A stretch of 64,000 bases of DNA from assembly GCA_030647205.1 (NCBI GenBank), contig JAUSJO010000003.1, positions 10,602 to 74,601 on the forward strand. The letters run 5' to 3'. A program made the position numbers and the translations under genes. Shown here piece after piece: positions 38,966-49,396 of the stretch. Numbering within the stretch: the first letter of the stretch is position 1; each line of letters begins with the position of its first letter. The notes beneath the pieces are model-generated. The model saw nothing but the letters and a program-made list of their open reading frames with translations, was not told where the DNA came from and ran no database searches. This DNA comes from a bacterium. Lineage in GTDB: Bacteria; Patescibacteriota; CPR2; UBA1875; JAJYID01.

Positions 38966-39919
38966 CTATTTCTTTAATATATCTTGAACTTCTTTTATAT
39001 TTTCTGCGACAACTAATTTTTTTCTTAGTTCTGAAGCCCCATCAAATCCTTTAAAATACCAGCCGTAATGTTTGCGCATATCAAATATGCCCTTTTTACC
39101 ACCGAACTCTTCCACACTCATTTCTAAATGCCAGAGAGCTACCTCTACCGTTTCTTCCCAAGTCGGCTTGTAATCCTTCCCCTCTTTCATAGACTGAAAT
39201 ATCCAGGGATTTCCAAGTGCCCCACGGCCAACCATAACTCCATCACAGCCTGAAGTGTTTATTATTTTTTTAGAATCCTCTGCATTTACTACATTCCCGT
39301 TACCAATGACGGGGATGCTAACCAGCTTTTTAATCTCTCCTATCGCTTTCCAGTCGGGTTCGCCTTTGAACCCTTGGCTTTTTGTCCTCCCATGGATAGT
39401 TATAGCATCAACTCCGATCTTTTCTAGTCTTTGCGCAAACTCATGAATATTAAACTCATCCCAGCCAAGACGCATTTTTATAGATAATGGCAGTTTCGTA
39501 GCATCTCTGACCGCCTTCGCTATCTTTAAGGCTAGATCAAAGTCTTGAAGTAGCGCCGAACCTCGTCCGCCGGATACAACTTTCTTTGCCGGACAGCCCA
39601 TATTTATATCTATCCCGTCAGGTTTAATGTTTTCCTCAATCCATTTGGCGGAAACCGCCATTTTTTCGAGGTCTTTTCCAAAGATCTGGATAATATAAGG
39701 CCGTTCTTCTTCGTGAAAACTCATCATTTTTAATGTTTTTTCGCTTTTGTAAAAGACTGCGTCAGCGGCTATCATTTCAGAAAATACAACGTCTGCTCCA
39801 AGTTTTTTGCAAACACGCCTGAATGGAGATGAAGTGATGCCGTCTAGTGGCGCCAAAACAAAAAAGGGACTTTGTATACTTCCCCAAGAAAACGGTTCAT
39901 TTTTAGTATTTTTAACCAA
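38966..39919 (-). CDS. tRNA-dihydrouridine synthase
   Basis: 317 aa. LAPLDGITSSPFRR, INMGCPAKKV (catalytic Cys) and the FMN-binding TIM barrel. Confidence 0.9.
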   Translation of the reverse strand: MVKNTKNEPFSWGSIQSPFFVLAPLDGITSSPFRRVCKKLGADVVFSEMIAADAVFYKSEKTLKMMSFHEEERPYIIQIFGKDLEKMAVSAKWIEENIKPDGIDINMGCPAKKVVSGGRGSALLQDFDLALKIAKAVRDATKLPLSIKMRLGWDEFNIHEFAQRLEKIGVDAITIHGRTKSQGFKGEPDWKAIGEIKKLVSIPVIGNGNVVNAEDSKKIINTSGCDGVMVGRGALGNPWIFQSMKEGKDYKPTWEETVEVALWHLEMSVEEFGGKKGIFDMRKHYGWYFKGFDGASELRKKLVVAENIKEVQDILKK

Positions 39920-40616
39920 TAGCGTTTTCCTTCAAAAACTCTGAAACTTTCGGAATATCCTCGATACAGCCAAGGTCTAGCCAGAAATCCTGAAGCTTCA
40001 GAACTCTCATTTTACCTCTTTCAGCAAGAGTTGAAACTGCATCAGTAAGTTCATATTCACCCCTAGGGCTCTTTTTAAGACTATCAATTATTTCAAATAC
40101 TTCAGGCGTAAACTTATAAAGACCGCTGTTTATAAGATTTCCTACAAATTCCTTTGGTTTTTCATGTATTCTAGCTAATTTTCCGTTTTCTTCAACCAAA
40201 ACACCATATTTTGAAGGGTTTTCTACTTCATATCCGGCAATGTAGTTAAAGTCATCATCTTTTTGCATCGCCATCAGATCATTAACACTCCAGAGATTGT
40301 CTCCTCCCAACACTATAAACTGATCGTTTCCCGCAAAATCCTTTGCTTTTTTGACTGCATAAGCCGTTCCTTCACTACCGCCTTGATCAATGATTTGAGC
40401 ATCAAAGCCCGAACCATCGATATATTTCTCCATTTTTTCTATTTTATGGTTTGCAATGATGGCAAACTTTTTATAACCTGCTTTTTTTAGTGAATCCAAA
40501 AGGTAAAAAAGAAACGGCTTTCCGTTTATTTCTATTAGCTGTTTCGGGATTTTTTCTGTTAGCGGTAGCATCCTTGTTCCCTTGCCGGCTGCCATGATGA
40601 CTGCTTTTTCTATCAT
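39912..40616 (-). CDS. sugar-phosphate nucleotidyltransferase (NTP_transferase family)
   Basis: 234 aa. N-terminal MAAGKGTRMLPLT (the G-x-G-T-R signature), with the rest of the protein in the Rossmann-like fold. Confidence 0.8.
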   Translation of the reverse strand: MIEKAVIMAAGKGTRMLPLTEKIPKQLIEINGKPFLFYLLDSLKKAGYKKFAIIANHKIEKMEKYIDGSGFDAQIIDQGGSEGTAYAVKKAKDFAGNDQFIVLGGDNLWSVNDLMAMQKDDDFNYIAGYEVENPSKYGVLVEENGKLARIHEKPKEFVGNLINSGLYKFTPEVFEIIDSLKKSPRGEYELTDAVSTLAERGKMRVLKLQDFWLDLGCIEDIPKVSEFLKENAIG

Positions 40617-40617
40617 A

Positions 40618-41979
40618 TTAGATTTTCTTTATAGTTGGTCCTGACTGTGTGTCTTCAACCGTGTAACCGAGCTTCTCGATTTCACTGCGAATTTTATCGG
40701 ATTCTACCCAGTTTTTATCTTCTCTAGCATTTTCCCTATTTTCTACTAATTTCTTTACATTTTCGGGGATTATATCCTCTTTGTCGAGGTCTAGTCCGAG
40801 AACTGCCTTATCTACTTCTAGTATAAATTTGACGATCTCTCCAGTTTTCTTCTTTTTTGCATCCTTTATGAAGGAGTAAATGGATGCTAATGCCTGAGAT
40901 GTATTTAGGTCATCATTCATCGCATCAATGAATGATTTGTTAGTGTTGTCTGAACCGGACTCACTACTTAAAGACTTTAACTCTTTAATGTCATTACGTA
41001 GATTTTTCAGTGCTGTATCAGCAGCTTTTATTGATTCATCCGTGAAGTTTAGGGGGTCTCTATAGTGTGCTTGCAAAACTAGCATTCTATACGCTAAGGG
41101 GTCTACTCCCAGGTCTGTAACTCTTACAAGATTTCCTTCAGACTTTCCCATTCTAGTATCTCCAACTAAAAGGAATTCGCTGTGCATCCATATTTTAGCT
41201 GGGATTTTACCTGTCAGTGCTTCCCCTTGTGCGATCTCATTAGTGTGGTGAACATTTACATGGTCAATTCCGCCCGTATGGATATCAAACTGTTCACCAA
41301 GATATTTAAGTCCGATTGCTGAACATTCTAGATGCCAACCGGGAAATCCTTTCCCCCAAGGTGACTCCCACTCCATATCTCTTTTTTTATCCTTAGGTGA
41401 CAATTTCCATAAAGCAAAGTCGGTTTTGTTCTTTTTCTCTTTTATATCGACTCTTTCGCCAGCCCGGAGTCCCTCAATATCAAGTCTTGCCAACTTTCCA
41501 TAATCTTTTAGTTTTGACGTGTCAAAGTACACTCCATCTTCAAGGGCGTAAGTGAATCCTTTTTCCTCTAGTCCTTTTATGAAATCAATTTGATCTTTGA
41601 TTAGATCTGTTGCCTTAACTACTACATCCGGTTTCTTAATGTTTAAGGCTTTTGAGTCCTCAAAAAAAGCATTTGTATATTTTTCTGCTATTTCCCAAGC
41701 GGTTTTTCTTTCCAACTTTGCTTCTTTCTCAACCTTATCTTCACCTGTGTCACTATCGGAGGTTAGGTGCCCAACATCGGTGATATTCATTACATGTTTA
41801 ACACTATAACCAGAATATCTTAGGTAGCGTACCAAAATATCTGCGAAAATATAGGCGCGCATGTTTCCGATATGAGCATAATTATAGACTGTAGGACCGC
41901 AGGTATAAATACCGACTTCTCGATCTTTTGGTTGACTGAAGTCATCTTTTTTTCTGGTTAATGTGTTGTATAGTTTCAT
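40618..41979 (-). CDS. cysS: cysteinyl-tRNA synthetase
   Basis: 453 aa. HIGN (the HIGH motif), KMGKSEGN (KMSKS), zinc-binding Cys/His residues and a C-terminal DALR-like domain. Confidence 0.95.
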   Translation of the reverse strand: MKLYNTLTRKKDDFSQPKDREVGIYTCGPTVYNYAHIGNMRAYIFADILVRYLRYSGYSVKHVMNITDVGHLTSDSDTGEDKVEKEAKLERKTAWEIAEKYTNAFFEDSKALNIKKPDVVVKATDLIKDQIDFIKGLEEKGFTYALEDGVYFDTSKLKDYGKLARLDIEGLRAGERVDIKEKKNKTDFALWKLSPKDKKRDMEWESPWGKGFPGWHLECSAIGLKYLGEQFDIHTGGIDHVNVHHTNEIAQGEALTGKIPAKIWMHSEFLLVGDTRMGKSEGNLVRVTDLGVDPLAYRMLVLQAHYRDPLNFTDESIKAADTALKNLRNDIKELKSLSSESGSDNTNKSFIDAMNDDLNTSQALASIYSFIKDAKKKKTGEIVKFILEVDKAVLGLDLDKEDIIPENVKKLVENRENAREDKNWVESDKIRSEIEKLGYTVEDTQSGPTIKKI

Positions 41980-43751
41980 TTTGTATAGCTTCCTGACTGG
42001 ATCTTGAATAGTTTGTTGTAGATTCCCTCTTTTTTCACCAGTTCATCGTGGGTTCCCATCTCTGATATTTTACCCTTATCGAGCACAACTATCAAATCAG
42101 CCTTCATGACCGTAGAAAGTCTGTGAGCGATGATTATAGAAGTTCTGCCTTCAATTAACTTCCAAAGAGCGTCTTGGATGAGTTTTTCGCTCTCAGAATC
42201 TAGGTGAGATGTAGCTTCATCGAGAACTAAGATCGGCGGATTTTTAAGTACTGCACGGGCAATATTTATCCTTTGTTGCTCGCCGCCTGAAAGCTTCACC
42301 CCTCTTTCGCCGACGATTGTTTCATATCCTGATTCTAGTTTACTGACAAATTCATGAGCATGAGCGATTTTTGCTGCCTTTAACACCTCGCTCATTTTAG
42401 CTTTGTTTTTGGCATATGCAATGTTGTTGTAGGCGGTATCGTTGAAAATAGCCGTATCTTGTAAAACTACGCCAATGTTTTGTCTTAATGACTTTTGCGT
42501 GACTTTCTTGATATCTTTTCCGTCAATCAGTATTTGTCCTGCCTGGGGGTCATAAAACCTCATTAGCAGCTTGACTAGCGTTGACTTTCCGACCCCGCTT
42601 TTGCCCACGATTGCCACTACGCTTCCCGCAGGGATTTTAAGACTTAAACCGTTTATAACATTGCGGTTGTTGTATTTGAATTTAACATTACGAAGCTCAA
42701 CTCCACCTTTTACTTCTTTCAGCTGTGTAGCATTATCGAGATCTTTTATGTCTTCCTTTGCGTCAAGAGTATCAAAAAGTCTGCGTACACTTCTCATATC
42801 TCTTTGTATACTGTCATATACTCTGGTCAAATACCAAAGCGGTCCGTACGCTCTACCAACATACGTCCATGCCATAACAAGAGTTCCCATTGTTATTTTA
42901 CCGGTTGCGGCCCAGTAAGCGCCAAGCAATAAGATCAATATCTGAGAAGAATCAGAAACAGAGAACCTAAAGATATTCATTTTTATTCTCTTTTTATTTC
43001 TGTCCATATTTGCGTTCAAAAGATCGGCCAGGGTTTTGTTAAATTGCTTCGCATGCCTGTCTTCTGTTGCAAATGATTTAACGGTTTTTATATTACCAAT
43101 TGTCTCGACATTTACGGTCATTGCTTTCTCTCTTGCGTCACGAACTCTGTCTTGGTAAAAGTTAAGGGTCTTTGTAAAAAGGAGGCTAAGAATAATAAAA
43201 GCAGGGATACCGACAAATATAATCAGCCCGAAAGCAGCGCTAATGTTGAACAAGAAGAACATTGCAACCAAAATGTAAATTATCTGAGGAAGAATATCGG
43301 TAAGTGAAGCATCTAAAATACTCTGTATATCGCTGCTACCCTGAGTAATTCTTTCAGTGACTTTACCGGTAGCTTCTTTTTCAAAAAAAGTAATCGAAAG
43401 ACGTTCTAGATGGCCAAAAACCTTTGATGATATGTGGTTTCTCGTTTTTAACCACCACATTGATGAGTAGAAATCGTTAATCAGGGTTATAGCATCTTTG
43501 GCAACAGTGATAAGTAAATAGAGCAAAAAGTATTTATAAAGATCATTTATGTTTGATAAGTCAAAACCATTTTTAAATTGTTTTTCTAGGAAATCAAATA
43601 TTAGCTTCAATACTAATGGTACTGTTGCATCTAGCCCGGTCCCTAAAATTGCAAGAAAAAAAACGACGACTGTTAGTCTTTTTTCCAATGCCCCCATTTT
43701 TAAAACACGTAAATAATCTCTCATATTTTCTCTAATTAAAATAAAGCACAA
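41976..43751 (-). CDS. ABC exporter, fused permease plus ATPase (MsbA/ABCB-like)
   Basis: Six TM helices, then an NBD with Walker A GKSGVGKST, signature LSGGEQQRINIARA and Walker B ILVLDEATSHLD. The start may be the internal MRDYL (43724). Confidence 0.9.
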   Translation of the reverse strand: MCFILIRENMRDYLRVLKMGALEKRLTVVVFFLAILGTGLDATVPLVLKLIFDFLEKQFKNGFDLSNINDLYKYFLLYLLITVAKDAITLINDFYSSMWWLKTRNHISSKVFGHLERLSITFFEKEATGKVTERITQGSSDIQSILDASLTDILPQIIYILVAMFFLFNISAAFGLIIFVGIPAFIILSLLFTKTLNFYQDRVRDAREKAMTVNVETIGNIKTVKSFATEDRHAKQFNKTLADLLNANMDRNKKRIKMNIFRFSVSDSSQILILLLGAYWAATGKITMGTLVMAWTYVGRAYGPLWYLTRVYDSIQRDMRSVRRLFDTLDAKEDIKDLDNATQLKEVKGGVELRNVKFKYNNRNVINGLSLKIPAGSVVAIVGKSGVGKSTLVKLLMRFYDPQAGQILIDGKDIKKVTQKSLRQNIGVVLQDTAIFNDTAYNNIAYAKNKAKMSEVLKAAKIAHAHEFVSKLESGYETIVGERGVKLSGGEQQRINIARAVLKNPPILVLDEATSHLDSESEKLIQDALWKLIEGRTSIIIAHRLSTVMKADLIVVLDKGKISEMGTHDELVKKEGIYNKLFKIQSGSYTK

Positions 43752-43786
43752 CTATTTTACATTTTTTGGGACAAGAAAGAAAGTGT

Positions 43787-44710
43787 TTAGAGCCACCTTT
43801 TTTTATTAAAGAACAAAAGCATAAGTATTACGACGGATATCATGAGCCCGCCAACAAACATAAACGAGAAATCTGTCTCTGCGAAAGGCAGTGTTCTAAT
43901 ATTCATCCCATAAATTCCGGAAAGTAGCGTGAGTGGAAGTATAATTACAGAAAAAATAGTTAGTAGCTTGATAATGTCGTTTGTCTGGTTTGATACTAAT
44001 GATTCGTAAGTGCTGATTAGTGAATCAACTATTTCTTTCTGGTTTTCAAGCAAATCCCAAATCTTTTCTACCATGTCTCCTATATCGTCAAAATATACAT
44101 CTACATCTTCTATTAAAAAAATTGCTTTTGTATGCTCAAGTGTATCCAACATCTCTTTTTGAGGTTTTATAATTCTTCTGAAATTTATTATTTCTTGACG
44201 TAGAGCGGAAAACTCTCGTATAAGATCTCTAGGCTTTTCACTTTTAGAGAATATCTTATCGTCTAGAACCTCTATTCTTTCGTAGATCTTATCAATCATT
44301 TTAAAACAGTTGCTATATAGCGTAGTCATAAGTTCATGTAGGAGTAAACCTGGGCTGCCGCTTGATATTTCTTTGAAGAATTCCTTATCATTACTGCACT
44401 TTTCGAAGAGCTGTACTAAAAGTTTTTGATTGCCATTATGCACTGTGATTAGGTAATTTTTTCCGATGAAAATATCTACTTCTGATATGACCAGACGTCT
44501 TGATCCCTTGAAGTATCGTGGAAAGTGCGTGACCATAAATAAGTAGTCTTCATATTGGTCAATCTTAGGTCTTTGGATATTTGACATACAGTCTTCAAGA
44601 TCAAGTTCGTGAAACCCAAACTTTTTAGATAGATAGCTTATGTCTTTTTCTTCCGCGTTTACAACATCTATCCATGTAATGGAACCATTTTTTATTTCAG
44701 TTTTTGCCAT
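43787..44710 (-). CDS. corA: CorA-family magnesium/cobalt transporter
   Basis: 307 aa with a cytoplasmic N-domain and two C-terminal TM helices carrying the YGMN motif. Confidence 0.85.
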   Translation of the reverse strand: MAKTEIKNGSITWIDVVNAEEKDISYLSKKFGFHELDLEDCMSNIQRPKIDQYEDYLFMVTHFPRYFKGSRRLVISEVDIFIGKNYLITVHNGNQKLLVQLFEKCSNDKEFFKEISSGSPGLLLHELMTTLYSNCFKMIDKIYERIEVLDDKIFSKSEKPRDLIREFSALRQEIINFRRIIKPQKEMLDTLEHTKAIFLIEDVDVYFDDIGDMVEKIWDLLENQKEIVDSLISTYESLVSNQTNDIIKLLTIFSVIILPLTLLSGIYGMNIRTLPFAETDFSFMFVGGLMISVVILMLLFFNKKRWL

Positions 44711-44789
44711 AGTAAAAATATCTTTTTAACGTTTATTCATAATTATTTTATCTTTATTCAGGTGGGAATGAAAGTCTTGAGTTGAAGTC

Positions 44790-45389
44790 TTAGTAATCCA
44801 GCCTTCCCTCGATAGCCCTCGATAGCGTTACCTCATCAGCATACTCTAGGTCTCCGCCGACAGGCAGGCCGCGGGCAATTCTTGTTATTTTGATATCTAA
44901 CGGGTTTACGAGCTTCTGGATATATAGAGCCGTTGCCTCTCCTTCTACACTAGGGTTAGTGGCCAGAATAATTTCTTCTGTATTTCCCTCTTTGAGACGA
45001 CTAACCAGTTCTCTGATAAAAAGGTCGTCCGGCCCAACACCTTCAATCGGTGATATAACCCCGCCTAGAACGTGGTAAAGGCCCTGAAACTTCCCCGTTT
45101 TCTCTATTGCAACCACATCAAGAGGTTCTTCAACAACGCAAATACTCGTTTTTTCTCTTCTTTGATCGTCACATATATGGCATGGGTCGCTTTCTGCAAT
45201 ATTTGAGCAAGTTGAGCAAGTCACTATATCCTTTTTTAGATCCAAAATTGCAGATCCGAACTCTCCCAAGTCTTTATCAGAACTTCTCAAAAGATAAAAA
45301 GTCAGCCTTTGGGCGGTTTTGGGACCGATCCCGGGAAGGCTTGCAAACTCATCTATAAGTTTTTGAACATTTTGGGGGATTACTCGCAT
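44790..45389 (-). CDS. recR: recombination protein RecR
   Basis: 199 aa with HhH (LPGIGPKTAQRL), a C4 zinc finger (CSTCSN...CHIC) and a Toprim domain. Confidence 0.95.
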   Translation of the reverse strand: MRVIPQNVQKLIDEFASLPGIGPKTAQRLTFYLLRSSDKDLGEFGSAILDLKKDIVTCSTCSNIAESDPCHICDDQRREKTSICVVEEPLDVVAIEKTGKFQGLYHVLGGVISPIEGVGPDDLFIRELVSRLKEGNTEEIILATNPSVEGEATALYIQKLVNPLDIKITRIARGLPVGGDLEYADEVTLSRAIEGRLDY

Positions 45390-45399
45390 GGAATATTTC

Positions 45400-45696
45400 T
45401 TAAAATGGCATTCCGCCGCCCATACCGCCCATGACGTCTTTCATCATGCTTTGGGCAACTTTCTGAGCTTTTTCTGTCACGCTATCCATCGCGCTTTTAA
45501 TATCTTTTTCTAGTTGTCTAACATCGTCAACTTCATCAGAAGTAATTTCAACCGACTGAACCTTCATTTCGCCGTTCATCTTTACCTTGATATCTCCGGA
45601 TTCTGCTTCTACGATCTCACCCTTTAGTTTTTTCTGTATTTCGCGGGCTTTTTTTACAAACTCATATTGTTCCTTGGCTTTACCAAACATGGCCAT
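45400..45696 (-). CDS. ybaB: nucleoid-associated protein YbaB/EbfC
   Basis: 98 aa. Typical N-terminus MFGK...Q..KKA.E.Q, the GMGGGMPF C-terminus, and the conserved position upstream of recR. Confidence 0.9.
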   Translation of the reverse strand: MAMFGKAKEQYEFVKKAREIQKKLKGEIVEAESGDIKVKMNGEMKVQSVEITSDEVDDVRQLEKDIKSAMDSVTEKAQKVAQSMMKDVMGGMGGGMPF

Positions 45697-45860
45697 AACA
45701 TATTCTCCTGTTAAATAGTAAACCTATTTTAGCACTCAATAAGCACAAAAAAAAGTGGATTCTATAAAAAGTTCTAGCTGTTATAAGTGTTGGATCGTTT
45801 CACTTATTTGATTTGTGTCGTGGTCACAATTCCCACAGCTCCTGCAATTCTAAAAACCCC

Positions 45861-47396
45861 CTACTTCTCATACAGTACTGCTTTTACGCCGTTTTCTTTA
45901 TTGTCTTCGTAGATAACTCTACTTTTTGCTGTGTTTAAAAGACAATTTGAAAAGTATTTTTTATCGCCCGTTTTTCCTATAATAAACACTCGTCCTTGAG
46001 TTCCCATGGTGATTGCTTCGTTTTCAGATACTACATATGCCCCTTGTTGATCGTAGAAAAGAGATGATTCCCCATATCCATCAACCGGAGCAGAGATCAG
46101 ACGAATCTTTTTGTCGCCAAAGTAGTACGAGCCATCGAGAAATGTATAGAGTTCTCCAGACAAAACGACATCACCTGGGCGCATTTCTTTTTTTACGGTC
46201 TCAGAAAGTGCTTTCATTTGATGACTGGTATCATCGTGCATCTGCAGATTCCCGATGATTAAAACGACAATAACAATGCCGCCCACTATCATCCTAACCG
46301 TTTTATTTTTGATTACTGAGATTGCAATACCCCACAGAGCCAGAATGGCAACAGCTGAAAACGGGAAATATCTGTCTTGATATACCGGTGTTTTTAGTTT
46401 TGAAAGAGTGAAAACCAGTATCATTGGCAAATAGCCATACAGAAGGAATAGCGAAGTCCTCTTTCTTAGATTCTTTTTAAACAAAAGAACAAGCCCGGAG
46501 CCGATTAAAAACACAGCTAATAGCCAATACAAAATCATTCCGATTAAATCACCATAGTTGCTTCCGTCAAGGTGGGCATAAATTAGGAATTGGGTTAGAT
46601 TATTTGGAATAGTTCTTTCATTGATCCACTCCGGCTTGATCCAGTAGCTTCCGCTTACTCTGGTAACTTGTTTGTATGCCACAGGGAACCATGGTAGATA
46701 CAAAATTACCGGCGCAAGACCTGCTAGCCACCATTTGTAATTAAAGATTCCTACATGTTTTTTAAATGAATCTTTCCATTTGAGAGTGAAGAACCCTGGT
46801 GTTATAGCGGCCACGATAATCCATTGGACCATTATTACAAAAAATGCATAATATTGGGTGTAGATAGCTGCGGTCATTGAGAGCGCATAAAAAATCAAGG
46901 CTCGGCTATTTTTTTCTTTGATGAATTTGACCAGGTAATATGTCCCTAGAGTTGTAAAAAATGCGACAATCCCATACATCCGAGCTTCTTGTGCAAAGCG
47001 GACCATAAACGGAGAAAGTGCTACGAGCATTGCTGCCCAAAAGGCTGATTCTTTTGAAAAGAGTTTCTCAACGATCTTATAAACAAGATAGACGATCCCA
47101 ATAGAGAAAAGTACTGAAAGAGACCTGATAGCAAGTTCTGAGGTACCAAAAACGCTCACCCATAGTTTTGCTATCAGGTAGTAGCCTGGAGGATGAACAT
47201 CGCGAGCAGTTCGGGATACAATTTCAACCGGATTATAGCGCAGGAGCCACATCGTATAGCCCTCGTCGTGCCAAATGCTTGATGCTGTCATACCATATGT
47301 TCTTACAAGCATTCCAAAAAACACAGGATATATCCAAAGCTTATCTGTTGGTATCCCAAATATTTTTTTTAGCTTTGAACTATTTGCTGTATTCAT
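45861..47396 (-). CDS. GT-C glycosyltransferase, PMT_2/ArnT-like (GT39/GT83)
   Basis: 511 aa, ~11 TM helices. First-loop motif SIWHDEGYTMWL (acidic DE typical of polyprenol-P-sugar dependent GT-C enzymes). Confidence 0.75.
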   Translation of the reverse strand: MNTANSSKLKKIFGIPTDKLWIYPVFFGMLVRTYGMTASSIWHDEGYTMWLLRYNPVEIVSRTARDVHPPGYYLIAKLWVSVFGTSELAIRSLSVLFSIGIVYLVYKIVEKLFSKESAFWAAMLVALSPFMVRFAQEARMYGIVAFFTTLGTYYLVKFIKEKNSRALIFYALSMTAAIYTQYYAFFVIMVQWIIVAAITPGFFTLKWKDSFKKHVGIFNYKWWLAGLAPVILYLPWFPVAYKQVTRVSGSYWIKPEWINERTIPNNLTQFLIYAHLDGSNYGDLIGMILYWLLAVFLIGSGLVLLFKKNLRKRTSLFLLYGYLPMILVFTLSKLKTPVYQDRYFPFSAVAILALWGIAISVIKNKTVRMIVGGIVIVVLIIGNLQMHDDTSHQMKALSETVKKEMRPGDVVLSGELYTFLDGSYYFGDKKIRLISAPVDGYGESSLFYDQQGAYVVSENEAITMGTQGRVFIIGKTGDKKYFSNCLLNTAKSRVIYEDNKENGVKAVLYEK

Positions 47397-48939
47397 AATA
47401 TATTATTCTTTTATCCGCTTTTGATGGAACGGCGGTAAACCCTTTATCAAACCCTATCTTTTCAAGCTCTTTTATCGCGTCATCTTTCCACTCACGCTCT
47501 AAATATATTTTATAGTGTCCTTGAGGCAGTTTCAAATCTTTTATGGTGTATACCTCATATCTTTCGTAAGTCTTCCCAGTCGGATGGATCATGAAGTCGA
47601 CTGTTTTTGTCCCATATTCTCCCATAAGAATAATGAGTTTAGTATCTTGCGGCTGTTTTTTGATATCTTCGGCTACGGCGACCATGTTTTCAGCATAGGC
47701 TTCATGTGCCTCAGAGTAACTTGGGAATACTATGAAGTATTTGTAGAAACCGGCGGCTCCAGAGATAACCAAAATTAAGGCTATACCAACTGGTAGTACT
47801 TGTTTAATTTTAACTTTTTCCAAAAACCAGTTTAGGCCGATAGCGGACCACAAAAATACAACAGGGATAACTCCGACTATTCGAAGTGCATGTGGTATAC
47901 CTTCTGATGTTAGAAGTTCAGGCAGCGAAAGCGCACCAACCCACATCACTAATAAGAAATATTCTATTTTTCTTATTCTAATAAGGCTTATTACTACTCC
48001 AACCCACATGAGTACGCCAATAAAAATATCAAGCATTGGCAATCCGGCGACATTATGTCGGAAGTTTTGATCGCCCTTGAAGTTGAACATTTCAGCTGTT
48101 TTAACTACGTTGTCAGCCAGCGCCTTTATAGGACTTCCACCATTTGTTTCGGAGTTAAAAATGCTTGTAGATGCGCGTCCTGCTAAATCTGCCGGAACAT
48201 GGATAAAGTGGACTATCATCGGTAGCATAACTATCATAAACGTGATAGCAAGATAGATAATATTTTTTGAATTCTTCTTTATAAATTTTTTATCTGCAAC
48301 AAGGATATAGATAAGCAGTGCTATCAAAATCAAAGGAGTCATTCTAAAAGAAAGGTAGGTATAGAAACCTAGTGCAAAAGTTATACCGGTAGCAATATAA
48401 TCTTTCATTTTCCCGTTTTTGTAAGCGCGGATGAAAAAGTAGAAAAGAAATACGAGCGCTAGTGGCGCCATTATCGCCCGGAAGCCATTACGCGAAAACT
48501 GAATATGCCACGCGCTGACAGCGAGTGCCGCTGCCGCAAAAAGGCCGACATTTTTGTTAAATAGTTCTTTTCCTAAAAGATAAATACCATATACAGTCGC
48601 AACGCCGATAATAGCAGGTGCGATTCTGAGTGATAAAGGCGTGAAGTTCAGGAATGTCCAGCCGGTGACTTTTCCTATCAAAACAGGAATAGCCTGCAGA
48701 TAGAGAAAAAGCGCTTCTCTGGGTCCGTTTGTGTCATAAATAGCAGCGAATTTGTGTGCATCAAGCATGCTGATAACGTCGAGTCCATTTGCTGCCTCAT
48801 CAGGGTGAAGTCCTGGTGGAAGGCTTGAAAGCCTGAAAAATCTAAGGAATGAAGCAATAATAAGTATAAATGCAACTAGCCAATTCTCACGAATAAATTT
48901 ATTTTTGACCTTGATACCCGAAACCTTGGATTTTCCCAT
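47380..48939 (-). CDS. GT-C glycosyltransferase, PMT_2/ArnT-like (second paralog)
   Basis: 519 aa, polytopic. First-loop motif GLHPDEAANGLD. Its stop overlaps the downstream paralog's start. Confidence 0.75.
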   Translation of the reverse strand: MGKSKVSGIKVKNKFIRENWLVAFILIIASFLRFFRLSSLPPGLHPDEAANGLDVISMLDAHKFAAIYDTNGPREALFLYLQAIPVLIGKVTGWTFLNFTPLSLRIAPAIIGVATVYGIYLLGKELFNKNVGLFAAAALAVSAWHIQFSRNGFRAIMAPLALVFLFYFFIRAYKNGKMKDYIATGITFALGFYTYLSFRMTPLILIALLIYILVADKKFIKKNSKNIIYLAITFMIVMLPMIVHFIHVPADLAGRASTSIFNSETNGGSPIKALADNVVKTAEMFNFKGDQNFRHNVAGLPMLDIFIGVLMWVGVVISLIRIRKIEYFLLVMWVGALSLPELLTSEGIPHALRIVGVIPVVFLWSAIGLNWFLEKVKIKQVLPVGIALILVISGAAGFYKYFIVFPSYSEAHEAYAENMVAVAEDIKKQPQDTKLIILMGEYGTKTVDFMIHPTGKTYERYEVYTIKDLKLPQGHYKIYLEREWKDDAIKELEKIGFDKGFTAVPSKADKRIIYYEYSK

Positions 48940-48940
48940 A

Positions 48941-49396
48941 CTACCCTCCTATGTTACATGATTTACCTAAACTTTTTATTTTTCCTACATAAAACTCTAT
49001 GTTTGTGCCCTTGTTTAAAGTAAGCTCCTCACCTTTCATTTTTTTAATGAAATCGCTTATTTTGGTATCTGGTTTTTCGTATAGTAAAACTATTTCTTCG
49101 TTTGAGCATTTAATGCTACTTAGGTCATCTCCATTAACAATGTTTACCTCTTTCTTAAAGAAACTTTCGGCCACAGCGTTACCTTGAACTATGAAATACT
49201 TATCAAGAAATGAAGGTCGTGACTTTGAATAAGCATACATTTCTGTATATTTATCTGAGTTTTTAACAAACTGCTTTTTTATCAAGTTGTATGTTGAGTC
49301 GTTGAAGAACACCCAAAGTGAGAACAAAATAAAAACTGCCAAACAGAATTTTACGGCATTCTTAATCTTTTTATTTTTTGTTTGAGTATTTGCCAC
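48941..49396 (-). CDS. signal-anchored hypothetical protein
   Basis: 151 aa with one N-terminal TM helix. Lies within the glycosylation cluster. Confidence 0.4.
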   Translation of the reverse strand: MANTQTKNKKIKNAVKFCLAVFILFSLWVFFNDSTYNLIKKQFVKNSDKYTEMYAYSKSRPSFLDKYFIVQGNAVAESFFKKEVNIVNGDDLSSIKCSNEEIVLLYEKPDTKISDFIKKMKGEELTLNKGTNIEFYVGKIKSLGKSCNIGG